Positions 11,425 through 23,010 of a stretch of DNA of 32,534 bases are shown here, in pieces (positions within the stretch are counted from its first letter, which is position 1; each line of letters begins with the position of its first letter). This DNA comes from Perkinsus olseni (lineage: Eukaryota). The stretch spans positions 1 to 32,534 of the forward strand of contig JABANN010000401.1 in assembly GCA_013115125.1 (NCBI GenBank), read 5' to 3'. Made by a program: the position numbers and the translations under genes. The notes under the pieces were generated by a model, which searched no databases, was not told the DNA's origin, and worked only from the letters and a program-made list of their open reading frames with translations.

Positions 11425-12765
11425 GAGAACAACAAAAGGAACTTCAAGACCCAGTCTAGACAGCCCCTCGGTAGGAGTAGCAGCACATTGTTGCACAACT
11501 CGCCAAGAACCTCCGATCTCGGAAACACTTCACGATTCTATCAGATTCGGTACTGATGGTCAGCGAGCGCTCTGTTCTGAAATCACGAGGGTTCCCGGTT
11601 GTGGTCCACAACTTGTGGACACCTGTGAAGTTGACCCTCCACTAACCGATAATAAATGTTGTGGCCCTCATTCAGCACTAGGAGCATAGCAATGACCGTG
11701 ACGGCTGCAATTTACTCCTTAGGTTCCAAAATGAAGCCCAGAAATGACCGATTTTCACCTGAGCCCGTCGCCTATCAGCACCATCTGGTTGATTCACAGC
11801 CAAAAACGAAAACCCTTCTTAGCAAACCTACCGAATCCTCGCACAAGTCTGACTAGTACATGTGGTCTACGCGTTTTGCACCTGCCGAATGTGAATTTCG
11901 CGACGTGAAATGTGAAATGCGTCTTTTTACTAGTGTTTCTCATATCGCGGGTGAAACTTGAGTGATGCGTTAAACGCGATTTACACGCGCCACTTAACGA
12001 TAAAGTACTTGTTTCACAAGAGGCTCTCTATGTTTCACGCGATGAAGCCTTTTCTGCGATGTGTTATCTCGCGAGATGCTCCGATTTCGTGCTATTTCGC
12101 GCTTTTCGCGTTTTTCACTTTGCGAAAAACGCCACTTCCCCATTACGGGTAAAACTCCATTATTATCCGTTCATCACCAATATCTGAATTTTTCCATTCA
12201 ACTATGTATCCTTCACGGAAAATTCATATTGCACATGCGCTCCTCCAAGATTGACTTTTTCATGCATTTTTCTTTAATTGCTTCAATTTTCATCAGCGAA
12301 CGCCACCGAACCATATAACAAACTCACATTAAACATATACTTCCATACTACACTAACTCTCCGCCGGTAAGCCAGCTTCTTTCAAGCGACGAGGAAAAGC
12401 ATCTCAGCGCGGAAAACTCACAAAATCGTCCAAGGCAAGCATCGCCACTGCAACCAAATCCAACCCCAGAATTGATCGTCAGGTAGACGACATAAACGCA
12501 ACTTTCCTGTCGCCGTCAGAGTCAGTTTTCGGCCCGAAAAAAGGAGGACTGATAGTTGTACGTGGAAAATAAACCCACGAACGCTCCTCTTGAATAGTAG
12601 TATTATGTTTCCGAATGTTAATGACTAACAATATCAACATCAATCATCAATAACCTTAAAACCACAGCCGATCGAACGCCGACTGCACGCCGGGAAAAGG
12701 CACACAGCTCCCCCCGCTTGCTTTCCTCCACCATCCTGACGCAACCTTCCTTACAAAATGCCTTC

Positions 12766-15292
12766 TCAATAATTCCTCCCATAAAATGCCGCCTCAGACA
12801 AACCGTGAGACATCTTCTCACTACCGCTGCTGCTAACATTCGTGGCATGGTGATGATGCCGATGATGATGGTGCGATGCGGAACTCCCAGACAGCGGAGC
12901 GCCGCTCGAGTGACGTCCGCCACTGACAGGCGTCACGCTTGTATTGTACATGTCACCGGTCAGAAGGTGATGCTCCTGCTGCTGATGGGCAGGAGGCTGC
13001 TGGTGTTGTTGATGCAATTCCGTTTGCTTCAATAATTTAATAATTTGTAACTTCTCCTTCTTACGACGTTTTATCTCACCCGGTGGGCACCTAAAATTGG
13101 GTAATTTACTCCGAAAAAGGAAATCTTCGCGCATTCCCAAAGCCAAGGAGAACGACATCGCCGTTGAATTCGCAATCACCGTCGCTAGCGCTGCTGAGTA
13201 CGGATATAACCGTCCACTGTCGAAGAGAGAAAAATCCCGTGAACGGAGAAAATCGCTCCAAAACGTCCGTTATTACAAATGGCAAAACTCGCACTGGGCT
13301 CCATGACGGCATCCGCTCGCATGATAAAACCATGCGCAAGGTTTGCACGTTCCCGACGCATGCAGCCTCGACCTGAACACACCGTGGAGGAAATGCAAGA
13401 TAGCAAGATACCAAGGACTACCGCTGCTTACCCAATGCTAGGAAAGACAGAGAGGTCCAAATCTATAGGGGTACTCTCCGGGCTGTGAGATGAAGCAACC
13501 GGACTTAAATTGCTCTCATTACCAACTGTCGTCGTGAAAGACTGAGAAAAAGACGAAAATCCTAAAATTCGAAGCGAACATTCTCGCTGAGAAAAAAATC
13601 TTCCGAAATCGTGATGCTTATTCAACCTACTACTCCAAGCACGACGTGAGACCGAAAACTCGCCCTGAAACAGAGTTCCCACTCCAGCGCTTCACCACAA
13701 ATCAACAGGAAACCGATCACTGACCGCCGAAATTTCCAACTAGTCATGAGTATGAGAAAACGGAGAACTGCCCGTCACTACCTTCGGCAAGGTCATGGTC
13801 ATATCCACTGGACAACTCTGCGGCGTCTTCTTGCACGACGTAAGTTGGGAAGGGGGAAAGTTGATGAAGGTGTTCTTAATCGGCAGAAAACGGTCTTCTG
13901 AGGTGAGCCAGAAACATATCTTCCCAAGACTACGGTAAATGTAAGTCCCTCACTGGAGCGAAAAATCCCGAAATCCGAGCGATTTCCCCTATTTTTACGG
14001 GATAAAACCAGGCGTGCGTTCTCCCAGTGTCACTCCTCAAAAACCCACCAAACTTTCAACCCCTCGCTGTTATCAGAATGAAGCCTGCGCAAGAGAGCCG
14101 GCATCCAACGGATCACCGCGCAGCTCTCATACGGTCATGACCGGGACATGGCGACTACGAGTCCGACAAAGTCGCACTACTGCAACAATCCAATGCTAGC
14201 GCCAGCGATGGGAATCCAGACAAAGTGACGATGGCGAAAGCGAAATCGAATGGTCTTCCCATATGTCCAACCTCCAAGGCCGTTGACGTTCCTTTGCTGC
14301 TCCTGCATTCGCTGGAGCCTCTCGTTCGTACTCTCGTGTCCGACTTCAATTGCTAATCGGGTGAGAGTATCAATGTCTTCTCGACTATATCTGTCCACCC
14401 GATCGATCATCAGGGCCAGCGCTAAGTTCACTGATTGATATTACCCCTGATGAGCTAGTGAATGGGTATCCAGAGTTGCAAGATCAGACACCGTTTCCAA
14501 CCCATGGGCTCTGAGAAGGTCGATACCTGTCAAAAAACAACAAAGTCAAAATCAAAATCGCGAAAAATGCAAAAACCGAATTCTCATACTGAAGAAGAAA
14601 TTTCACCAAGAAAAAAAACTAAACAGGAGAACCGGGAATGGAAATGATCTCCCAATCTGAAAGCAGAGCAACCCTAGATTCTCCCAGGCCATGAGGGTCT
14701 CCAAGATAGCAAGATTTCCTCCCGATAAAAAGAAGGAAAGCTAATTTCTGAGTCCTCCGCAGACCACCAGTCTAGGGCGAATATTGACTCTCATGCGGCG
14801 GCATCATTACCCTCAGGGGAGACCCCGTAGGTGACTAAAATGTCGACCGTGAGGCCCATGGCGTGTTGGAGAAGGAGGTGTTGCGTTGGAGATGAATGAG
14901 TGGCCGTCGTGGTGGCGGGAGCTGTACTGTAAGAGCTCTGCCCCAGGGTATCGGGTGACAAGGAATATAGACTGAAAAAAGAGCAACAAAGAATCGAACC
15001 GGGGACATCCGGACGCCACACCGATCCACTAACCTACTGCACTAACAGTCCACACCTTATCCGCGGCTACCACTTACTCGGGATTCTGATCAGGACCCAA
15101 ACTGGACGCCGCTGAGAACAGTGATGGTGCCGGATACTCATCGACTTGCACCAGAGGCGTTGACCCTTGCCTAACCATCGGGGCATCTCTTCCATCAGAC
15201 GCTCTGTGACGCCGTGACGCATCTGTCCCGTCCCCGACACCATGCGCGCCTGCCGGTGCTATGCTGGACGAGTAAGTTAGACTATCTCGCAT
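12766..15292 (-). CDS. Putative RNA-binding protein: SAM-like helical segment + KNTF motif + CCCH-type zinc finger + Gln/His-rich tail; 8 exons
   Basis: Phase-consistent exons 15078-(15178 or 15292), 14811-14971, 14445-14526, 14272-14390, 13782-13897, 13432-13541, 13277-13372, 12766-13090. Product includes LPIKNTFINF and PSIGSRLHASGTCKPCAWFYHASGCRHGAQCEFCHLCPPGEIKRRKKEK. Start codon uncertain. Confidence 0.8.
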
Positions 15293-15473
15293 AAACAACC
15301 AAAGTGGGAGTCAACTTCTCGAACTTTCAAAAAATGATAGCCGGAAGAAAAAAATAACACAACAAACCGTCTTCACTGGTAAATAGAAACAACACTGTAT
15401 AAGAAAGAAGGCGTATCTAACCGTTTCACACGATCTTTCCGCACTGCCAAGAATTAGCTGCTCTCCTCGTTAT

Positions 15474-18400
15474 TCACTGTTCGCCCTCGTCTTTCTCGGC
15501 TTCCTTCTTCTTACTACCCAGGGCCACTGCGATCAAATTCGGATGGTACTTCAGAGACGCACTAGCGGTAGCGCTGGCTTGATCAATCGAACCTAATAAC
15601 GATCAAACAACATCCACTCGGTACATTCATGATTTTAAGGATAAAAACGACATCTGTGAGATTCGAACCCGAGACCTCGATCATCAAATGACCTTACAGA
15701 CAGACGCTCGAGAGATGGACTCCACATACGACTTTAAATCGATCATAGGCGTATCTTTTCATCCGTATCTTACCAGCTGCGAGCTGCTTCAACACTAGAA
15801 TGTTAGAGAGTATGACTCTCCTCATCTGCTGTACATCCCGCCTCGTCCTCGCGTCGACCATAGATCGCTTCCCAACTTGGTCCAAGAAAAATCCTGTGCG
15901 GTTCATAGACTCTATGCTATTCAACACGATCTGTTGCAGGCCTGAAAATCACACAAAAATCTCGGCGGAGCGATGCAGAATACTCCCCATAGAGAATCTC
16001 GTTCACAGTACATCAGGCGAACAAAAAATGAAAGTGAGAGACTCGGAGATTCCCTCGCTGGGATTCGAACCCAGGATCTCCTAAAACTAGGAGCTGGCTG
16101 AAGTCTCATAACTGCGTCCTATCCAGCCTGACCATGTTTGTGGAAGATGCCCACGGACGTAGTAAAGAAAACGCAAGATTGCAAGATTTCAAGTTGGTCA
16201 TCCTTCGACCCACTCACCCATGTTGGTATCAGATTGGTCCTTGCCAGTCACCGCCATCGCTGTCGATTGGAGGAAATCCGCAAAGGTAAGCTCGTGAGGA
16301 AGACGATAACTGCGGGCGAGCAATTCCGAAATTGCGAATAAATCGCGCACAGTGGATCCCAACAGCCTCCGAGGCACTCAATCAAACACCCGCTTCAAAT
16401 CTTCCGACCGCGCGCCACAAAATTGAAACCCCTTAACCGAGGAATCTTCCACCCCCTGACCATCACCTAGATATTAGAGTCTGTATCCTCACGGCGAATC
16501 GCGAGGCGATCGACTTGGCCGCGGCCTCGGTCGGAGCACTCATCAGGCCAATGTACTGAAGGGCTAGTAACATACGGAAGGAACCTGGGCAAAGACGAGG
16601 TCAAAAGATACGCTTCGAAGACATCGCCACTCATACTGGCTCGGTAGGACACTCTATTAAAGTTGAAGCGAACGATGTCAGAGAGGTAAAGGTTTCTGAG
16701 CTCTACGGCGAATTTGAAGTTCCGATTTTTATGCTACCTACGCTACCACAACCATTCTGCTGCGACGAGTAGGCCGCACCTTTTACCCAAGCCTGCACGA
16801 CGTGAAAACAAACTTCATGTGAGCACTCCAACAATCTCTCTTTCGCACAGTCGCTCAGGATGAGACACGTCCTGCTCGAGATCTATCTCCTCGTCAGAAA
16901 ATGGCTCATTCAACGGCAATGATGACTATGTACCCGCGGCCCTCATCGACACTACCCTGAATGATCTCCATCCTAGCTTGCAACAAGGCCATGTCGTTGG
17001 TGGGCTCCGGGGGTGGTAGTTGGCGATTCTTCCGCTCACTTCGTCGAACGTGACGGGGCTTGGAGGCAAGATCCAGTGCAGACGCCATTTCGCGGAGGGC
17101 GTAGAGCTGAGAGGGAAAAAGGAGATGGTGTCTCGGTCGGTCAAAAGACCGAAGGGTTAGTATAATCGATAGGGAATAGACAGGTTGTCTCAATAAAGTC
17201 GACCTAATCGATCAAGATACTTAACAAAGTTGACCTAATCGATTGAGATACTCAATAAAGTCGACCTAATCGATCAAGATACTCAATAAAATTGACCTAA
17301 TCGACCAAGATACTCAAGAAAGTCGACCTAATAGATCAAGATACTCGATGAAGTTGACCTAATCGATGAAGATACTCAATAAAGTTGGCCTAATCGATCA
17401 AGATACCACCAAACCATCCCCTCTTCCCCTCCTCATTACCCTAACACCAATGAGATAATCCTCAAACCACAAGAGCATCGGCATCTCCTCGCTGTCGGCC
17501 AATCCGAGCTCGAAAGTGAGCTGCATCTCAATCTGCATCAGACTGATAGCCTGGTCCGTAACCCAGGTCCAAGTAGACTTCTTAAAGGCCAAGCGCTTGC
17601 CGTAGTTGATCTCGAGCATTTCATCCATGCCAAAAGCCTGATCGAGAACAAATACCACACTTTCACCTACTCACCTGAACCCCTCATCACTTGACTTTGC
17701 ATAATGTTGTACTCGGGGATGAGCTTAGGAATCGCTCGATGCTGCCTCGATCGACTCTTGAGAAGAGTCCTGGCACGCAGCTGGGTGATGCGAACGCAAT
17801 TGGACAAAACTCCAGCGGAGAACTCTTTATGTGCGGACCAGACATCACTCGGCACGCCCATACACTGGAGGGAATCCTGAGAACGTGAGAGATGCAAGCA
17901 TGGAAAAAAGATATTTTCCCCAACACACGACGCTAGAGTAATACCAAAACTTCCCCGTTTCTCGCCAAAGCACGGCGACTGCGCAATACAGACAGAGGCG
18001 ATGAGGGTCCCAACCGCGGGATGATAGAAAGATCTTTTTCACAGCTCCCGTAGAGCATCATTCTACAAAATTCAAATGCGATACGACGTTATCAGTACTA
18101 CTCATCGCGAACGTATCTCGTTACCCTCAAGGAGATTGGTTAAACCATTTTTAGCTCAACCCCAACTCAACCTCCCTCGCATCATGCACGCTTCAACCTA
18201 AGATTCCCTGATGCCCACCTTAACAAGTGCCTCCATATCGATGGTGTCCATGAGACGCAAGCTGGTGATGGCCCGGGCGAGGGGCTGCTCAGCGGCGCTG
18301 CCGTGACGAAGATCTTCCAAAAAATGCTCCAAGTTATCGAGAGTGTTGACCCTCGATAGACCCTCGAAGGCGTAGCCGATATCCGTCAACAGCGAGTCCA

Positions 18401-19245
18401 TACTCGAATACGCATCCTCGCGACTCAACGAGGGCACTTGGCGCGGCGGTCCTGACATCAACCAATTTCCAATAATGCACACTACACGAACCCGCACGAG
18501 TTCTATCCTCACCTGGGGGCATATCATCATTATTGATACTAGCATCGAACAGCCTATCAAGCTGCTTCCTTCTGTCCTCATCTTCTGCCAGTACCCCATC
18601 CCGGCCCCCCATCTGCAAGGCGTCCAGTACTTCACTGACCGTCGCCATAGTGCATCCCTCGTTCTTGCTGGTCTGGACGCTCTCCAATATCTTCTCGAGC
18701 GCTTCAAAAGCCGCTATCCTCTCGCCCAGACAGTCGGCCACCGCCGGAAGCTTCTTCTGATCGAGGTTGGCTCCCAGCAGGGCCAGCGGGGCGTCCTCAT
18801 CGGCGACAACCTCAGATTCAAGCATGATGTCGCGGGCCAACCACGAGCATCTCAGCGCTAAGTTGAGGAAATACTTCAACCCTTCATGATGGACCGAACC
18901 GAGATCATGGCAAAGCAGGCACGACCAAACCGTCTGCAGGGTCGTGTTACCGTTAAAATACAGGTACACCATAGCAATCATCCCATCGGCGACGTACTTA
19001 GCATCATCATCGCTCAGCTCGCCGATTTCCGCCATAACCGTCTTCACGTCGGGCGTCTGGTGCAGACCAACGTCCATCTTGGGCTGCATCAGTTCGATGG
19101 CGCTCATGGCCTCAAAGGGACTGTAGTCCTCGCCATGCACTAGCTGGCCCAACCTCATAGAAGAGCAAGCGTTGGTGAGGGTGTTCGTGATGTCGGTCCA
19201 ATCGCCATCGCTGTGCTGAGCGTAAGCGACAGTGGCTGCTGGCAT
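15474..19245 (-). CDS. NAA35: N-terminal acetyltransferase C auxiliary subunit MAK10/NAA35; 9 exons, ~665 aa
   Basis: N-terminus WTDITNTLTNACSSMRLGQLVHGEDYSPFEAMSAIELMQPKMDVG and FNGNTTLQTVWSCL match the Mak10 domain. Exons 18513-19245, 18219-18451, 17691-17876, 17440-17637, 16956-17106, 16467-16584, 16218-16309, 15774-15941, 15474-15592 total 1998 nt in frame. Later motifs include SRSRQHR and TFELGL..EE...W..DYL. Confidence 0.9.
16050..16137 (-). mobile_element. tRNA-derived element (SINE head or tRNA pseudogene) in a MAK10 intron
   Basis: Minus strand: A-box-like TGGTCAGGCTGG, D-stem GTC/GAC, long variable-arm hairpin CTCCTA-GTTT-TAGGAG, intact T arm CTGGG-TTCGAAT-CCCAG. Acceptor and anticodon stems do not pair. 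Confidence 0.55.
17189..17405. repeat. Minisatellite, 7 x 31 bp (consensus CTCAATAAAGTCGACCTAATCGATCAAGATA), in MAK10 intron 4
   Basis: Seven contiguous units starting at 17189, 17220, 17251, 17282, 17313, 17344 and 17375, with substitutions only and no spacers. Confidence 0.95.
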
Positions 19246-19661
19246 TCGGGAAGGTGTGATAAATAGAAACTGATTCCCAACACCGCTTTCCGCGCTTCTA
19301 CGGACCCCTTCCTGATTTCTGAGAAATCCCTGCATCAACCTAAGATTCATGCAGCTCCACCAGTTCATCTAGCTGTCTCGTCTCGCCCCTCCCAAACGCC
19401 CCGAACGCCACCTTTTTTCGAGCCAGAACGAATCCAGTGCCCATCCCGTCGTTGAGAGCTTTCGGACCCTCCCCTCCATGAAACACACTACCTCCCTCAA
19501 GTCGCTGTAGTGACGTATATCCGCCTCTAAGAAGCCGCACGACGTAGCAGCAAGTCTCCCGCACGGATTGTAAAAAGCGCGCGCCCGAAAGATACCCCGC
19601 GTGTCACCCATGCGTCACGCAGACGAGCTCGTTCACTGTCCACTCACTGTCGATCGTGAAT
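19246..19661. promoter_or_regulatory. Compact divergent intergenic region between MAK10 and the DMT transporter (candidate bidirectional promoter)
   Basis: Head-to-head start codons about 415 bp apart. CG-rich motifs (GCGCGCGC, near-palindrome TGCGTCACGCA at 19611-19621). Function inferred from position only. Confidence 0.4.
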
Positions 19662-20744
19662 ATGACGGTGTCTCAGCCGGAAGGTAAAGAGACTGGCGAG
19701 AATCTTAGCTCGATCAGTGCAAGATTCGTGCGCTTCATCGAGAACATCAACTTTTGGCCGTTAATTACTATTTTTGTGGGCTCGGCCATTCTCCAAAATC
19801 TATGCTTGGACCAGATCCGCAACAACGGTGGTGGTGGTAAGGATACTGTGCACCTTCTAACCTTCGCCGCCAACGCCTTGGGTAACCTTCTAGTCGGCTT
19901 CCTGCCGGCTCGAAAGCCCTGGTTCAAGTGTCACTGGCGTCGAGCTTTAATTCCGTCAGCAGTGGACCTCGTCTCGCAAGTGCTCATCCAATTCGGCGTT
20001 GTTCTAGCAGGCGCACAAATCTTCACAATCCTGTACAACTCCTGCATTGTGTGGTCGGTCGTCTTGGCTTTCGTTTTCCTCAAGACCCGCTTCTCATGGT
20101 GGCAGATTGCCGCCATTACTGTGGTCATCGTCGGCGTTGGCATGAAGTCCTTCGTAAACACAGCCTCTGGCTCCAACTCGCTGATACTCGGCACTATCCT
20201 CATTCTCTGTGGCTGCCTCATGCATTCTCTCACTAACATCATAAATGAATACTACATCAAAAGATACGATTTTCCGCCAACACGCTTGGCGGGTTTCACT
20301 GGTCTTTACTCGATCATAGCATACGCCGTTTATTTTATCGCGTGGTCTTCCTGGCGTATTCAAGAGCAAATAGTTGACGAAATTCACGCGAACGATTCCA
20401 CCGTCTCCTGGGTTGCACTCTGGTACTTCCTCTTCACGTTGGCCAACTTCCTTCACGCCGCTGGTTTCTTCCTCCTACTCAGTCGTATCGGAAACGTGGG
20501 CACGGCGATCACTAAAGGGCTTAAGACTGGCACGTACGTTTTTATATCGCATGCCATCTATTGCTCTTCTAACGACAAGTACTGCGTTTTCCCTCTGGAC
20601 CGTTGGCAGCGCACGTTGACGCTTTTGTCCGCTATTCTTTCGATTGCGGGTGTTATCGCCTACGGTTATTCAACCAAAAAGTACAACCAAGCAAAGGCCG
20701 AGAAAGAGAAGTCCAAGATCGTCGACGATGGTCAGGGTGTGTAG
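19662..20744 (+). CDS. Drug/metabolite transporter (DMT) superfamily, nucleotide-sugar/SLC35-like; intronless, ~360 aa
   Basis: About 10 hydrophobic helices. ALIPSAVDLVSQVL..G...AG.QIFTILYNSCIVWSVVLAFVFLK..FSWWQI..I..V..G follows the DMT pattern. First ATG is at 19662. Confidence 0.85.
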   Translation: MTVSQPEGKETGENLSSISARFVRFIENINFWPLITIFVGSAILQNLCLDQIRNNGGGGKDTVHLLTFAANALGNLLVGFLPARKPWFKCHWRRALIPSAVDLVSQVLIQFGVVLAGAQIFTILYNSCIVWSVVLAFVFLKTRFSWWQIAAITVVIVGVGMKSFVNTASGSNSLILGTILILCGCLMHSLTNIINEYYIKRYDFPPTRLAGFTGLYSIIAYAVYFIAWSSWRIQEQIVDEIHANDSTVSWVALWYFLFTLANFLHAAGFFLLLSRIGNVGTAITKGLKTGTYVFISHAIYCSSNDKYCVFPLDRWQRTLTLLSAILSIAGVIAYGYSTKKYNQAKAEKEKSKIVDDGQGV

Positions 20745-22158
20745 CTTGCGATAATTCGCTTAAGAGAGGAGATCGCCCCGCCGCAGCGTCAATCGCTTTC
20801 TTGATTGTTATTACCTGGTTTCCCTCAACGTTGGGAGTTTCAGTAGAGTATATTTTATATCAGCCGATTATCCTTATGTTTCCATTCGTAACTATGAGGA
20901 AGTTGATGGGAAAATTGTCTACTTCGAGCGGTGCTTCTTGCGTTATGTTTTAACGCTGATTTTACGGATCTCCAGCTGCTGCTTGTTGCACCACTAGAGC
21001 TCAGGAAAAACATCGAGCAAGAAATTACTCAGTAGGAGTTCTACTTCGGCAAGTGAATGCAAATGGTTGCTAGTTTTATCGACGAACGTTCGCTGTCGTA
21101 TCATCAGAGCGCTCCGGGAGTGTGCCCAACTGAGCACATCGGAGAGAGTCATAGTGAACCGGAGGCGGCGTTGGGCTATGAACATACACACGTCGTGTTT
21201 GACTGGTTCAAACTTTTTTCGGCTACTTACCGCAGGAATTTTCAGCTTCACGCTAGTGCCATGAAGGTCGCTACTGAGAGCGTCCGAAGGCGCAGGGAGT
21301 CTTAAGTTGACTAGAGTATATCGCAATTCTTACTGCGATCGCCATTGACAACCCTGAAGTCCCTTATTTTGTCGAATTTTCGATAAGACGCTCCGCAGTT
21401 CACAGAAGCTCGGCACTAGTATCTTTAATAACGGGGTTGAAACGAAACAAGAGGGTTCGAATGGTTGAGCAGCTCTTTCGTGAGATTCGAAAATCCACAA
21501 GCTGGAACCTTTTGTGTCCCCGGCAAACTCGTTGAACATGCATGAGAGGAAAGAAGAAAAATCGACGTTTGAACGATTGAGTTCAAAGATCGTTGTAATT
21601 AGCAGTTTTCACCCGAGTAGCCTCATCAACTACTCGGGTTCAGGAGACTTCGGCTTCTGATTTGCAGTTCAAGCTGCGCGGGTGAATGATACTGCGGTTG
21701 TGTGCGCTGTCTCCATCGGCTAACACGCGATAAATTACCATAAAATACAGTACATACCATAATTTCATCAATTCTTAAGATATCCTCATGCGACTAGACT
21801 GTGCGGTGAAGTGAATTTTGAGCCTGTTGAATACAGAATTGCGAAGATCTGTGACCGTGTGGGTCTAGTATATCTATCTTCGAGAATCTTTGACCACACG
21901 CAAGTGCCAGTACACTAACAGATCGTAAGTGCCTACAGGAGAACCATGAAAAAACTTTAACCAGGTTGACTAGTTTTTTTCTTCACGTGATAAAAGATAC
22001 GCTCTGGCATCGTCATCGCGAAATCTGCGTATTTTCTAGCTATTCCCGTCCGAATCTTGCGCAGCGACTCTCACATCCGTACGGACGCTTTGTGTTCAGT
22101 GGATACTAATGACCCCAATTTTTTACCCTCAATTTTTTCATTTCTTTTTTCCATTCGA

Positions 22159-23010
22159 ATGTCCGCCGCAACAACTGTAGCCTCACACACGGATGGGTAT
22201 ACCGTGAAAAATACTTTTCTTGATTTCATCCCGCGGTACGCCCGTCCAAGGAGTGTCTCCTCGCCCCAATGGTGCTCCGCTACGCCGACTACCACCACGG
22301 TAACATCAAATTTAACTACCACTTCCAGCGACTACTATAAACCCGGTACCGTTTCTAATAACAACAAGTATGACGACGATCCCCTCAGCCCTGTCATCGA
22401 GGCCTCTTGCGGTAGCACTTGTTCAACCAACGGTGATGGCGAGGTCAGCAGCGTCGATCGAGGTTGTGACGATGATGGTTTGGTCCCGGGAACTACTACT
22501 GTCACTCTCCGAGATTTGCCACCGAGTTTCTCCGCTGACACTCTCGCCAACTTGCTCACGGACTTCCGCGGTCGGTTCGATTTTTATTATGTCCCTCTAA
22601 CTTTTCGCACTCGCACAAGCATCGGCTATGCTTTTGTCAATTTTGGTACTCCCGAAGACGCCCTGGCATTCTACGACCGTTTTAATGGTGCACGAGTCAG
22701 CTCTGATGATGATGATGATGATGAAGACGCCAAGCCCATGGTAGTCACCACTGCCCACGCTCAAGGCTTGGATGCTCAGATCGCCCTCCTCCGCAACAGT
22801 CCAGTGAACAGCGGCGATTCCCCGGCGTTCAAGCCACGTAGGTTCGAGCTTGGTACTGGCAGACCACTGGAGTTCCCTCATGCCGAGTTCGTGCCGAAGA
22901 GAGGGCATTCGCATCGCTCACGACATCGCCAGCGAAGGGCACATCCCTCAGCGGCTGTTCGCGAACGCCAATTTTTTGGTTATTCGTCGTCTTTCAGTCA
23001 TGTCCATTGA
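22159..23010 (+). CDS. Mei2-like protein with a single C-terminal-type RRM (RRM_2); intronless, ~283 aa
   Basis: TTVTLRDLP...GRFDFYYVPLTFRTRTSIGYAFVNF...F...F.G...AHAQGLDA...RNSPV..FKP is the Mei2 RRM3 signature. N-terminal YTVKNTFLDF. A GAT microsatellite encodes poly-Asp. Confidence 0.88.
   Translation: MSAATTVASHTDGYTVKNTFLDFIPRYARPRSVSSPQWCSATPTTTTVTSNLTTTSSDYYKPGTVSNNNKYDDDPLSPVIEASCGSTCSTNGDGEVSSVDRGCDDDGLVPGTTTVTLRDLPPSFSADTLANLLTDFRGRFDFYYVPLTFRTRTSIGYAFVNFGTPEDALAFYDRFNGARVSSDDDDDDEDAKPMVVTTAHAQGLDAQIALLRNSPVNSGDSPAFKPRRFELGTGRPLEFPHAEFVPKRGHSHRSRHRQRRAHPSAAVRERQFFGYSSSFSHVH

Noticed and set aside
16050-16137. Functional tRNA gene
   Set aside because: T and D arms are present but acceptor and anticodon stems do not pair.
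17189-17405. CRISPR array
   Set aside because: Units are contiguous with no unique spacers, there are no cas genes, and the context is a eukaryotic intron.
20994-21539. Short minus-strand ORFs as an additional gene
   Set aside because: No recognisable domain, no consistent exon chain, and a repeat-family copy overlaps them.
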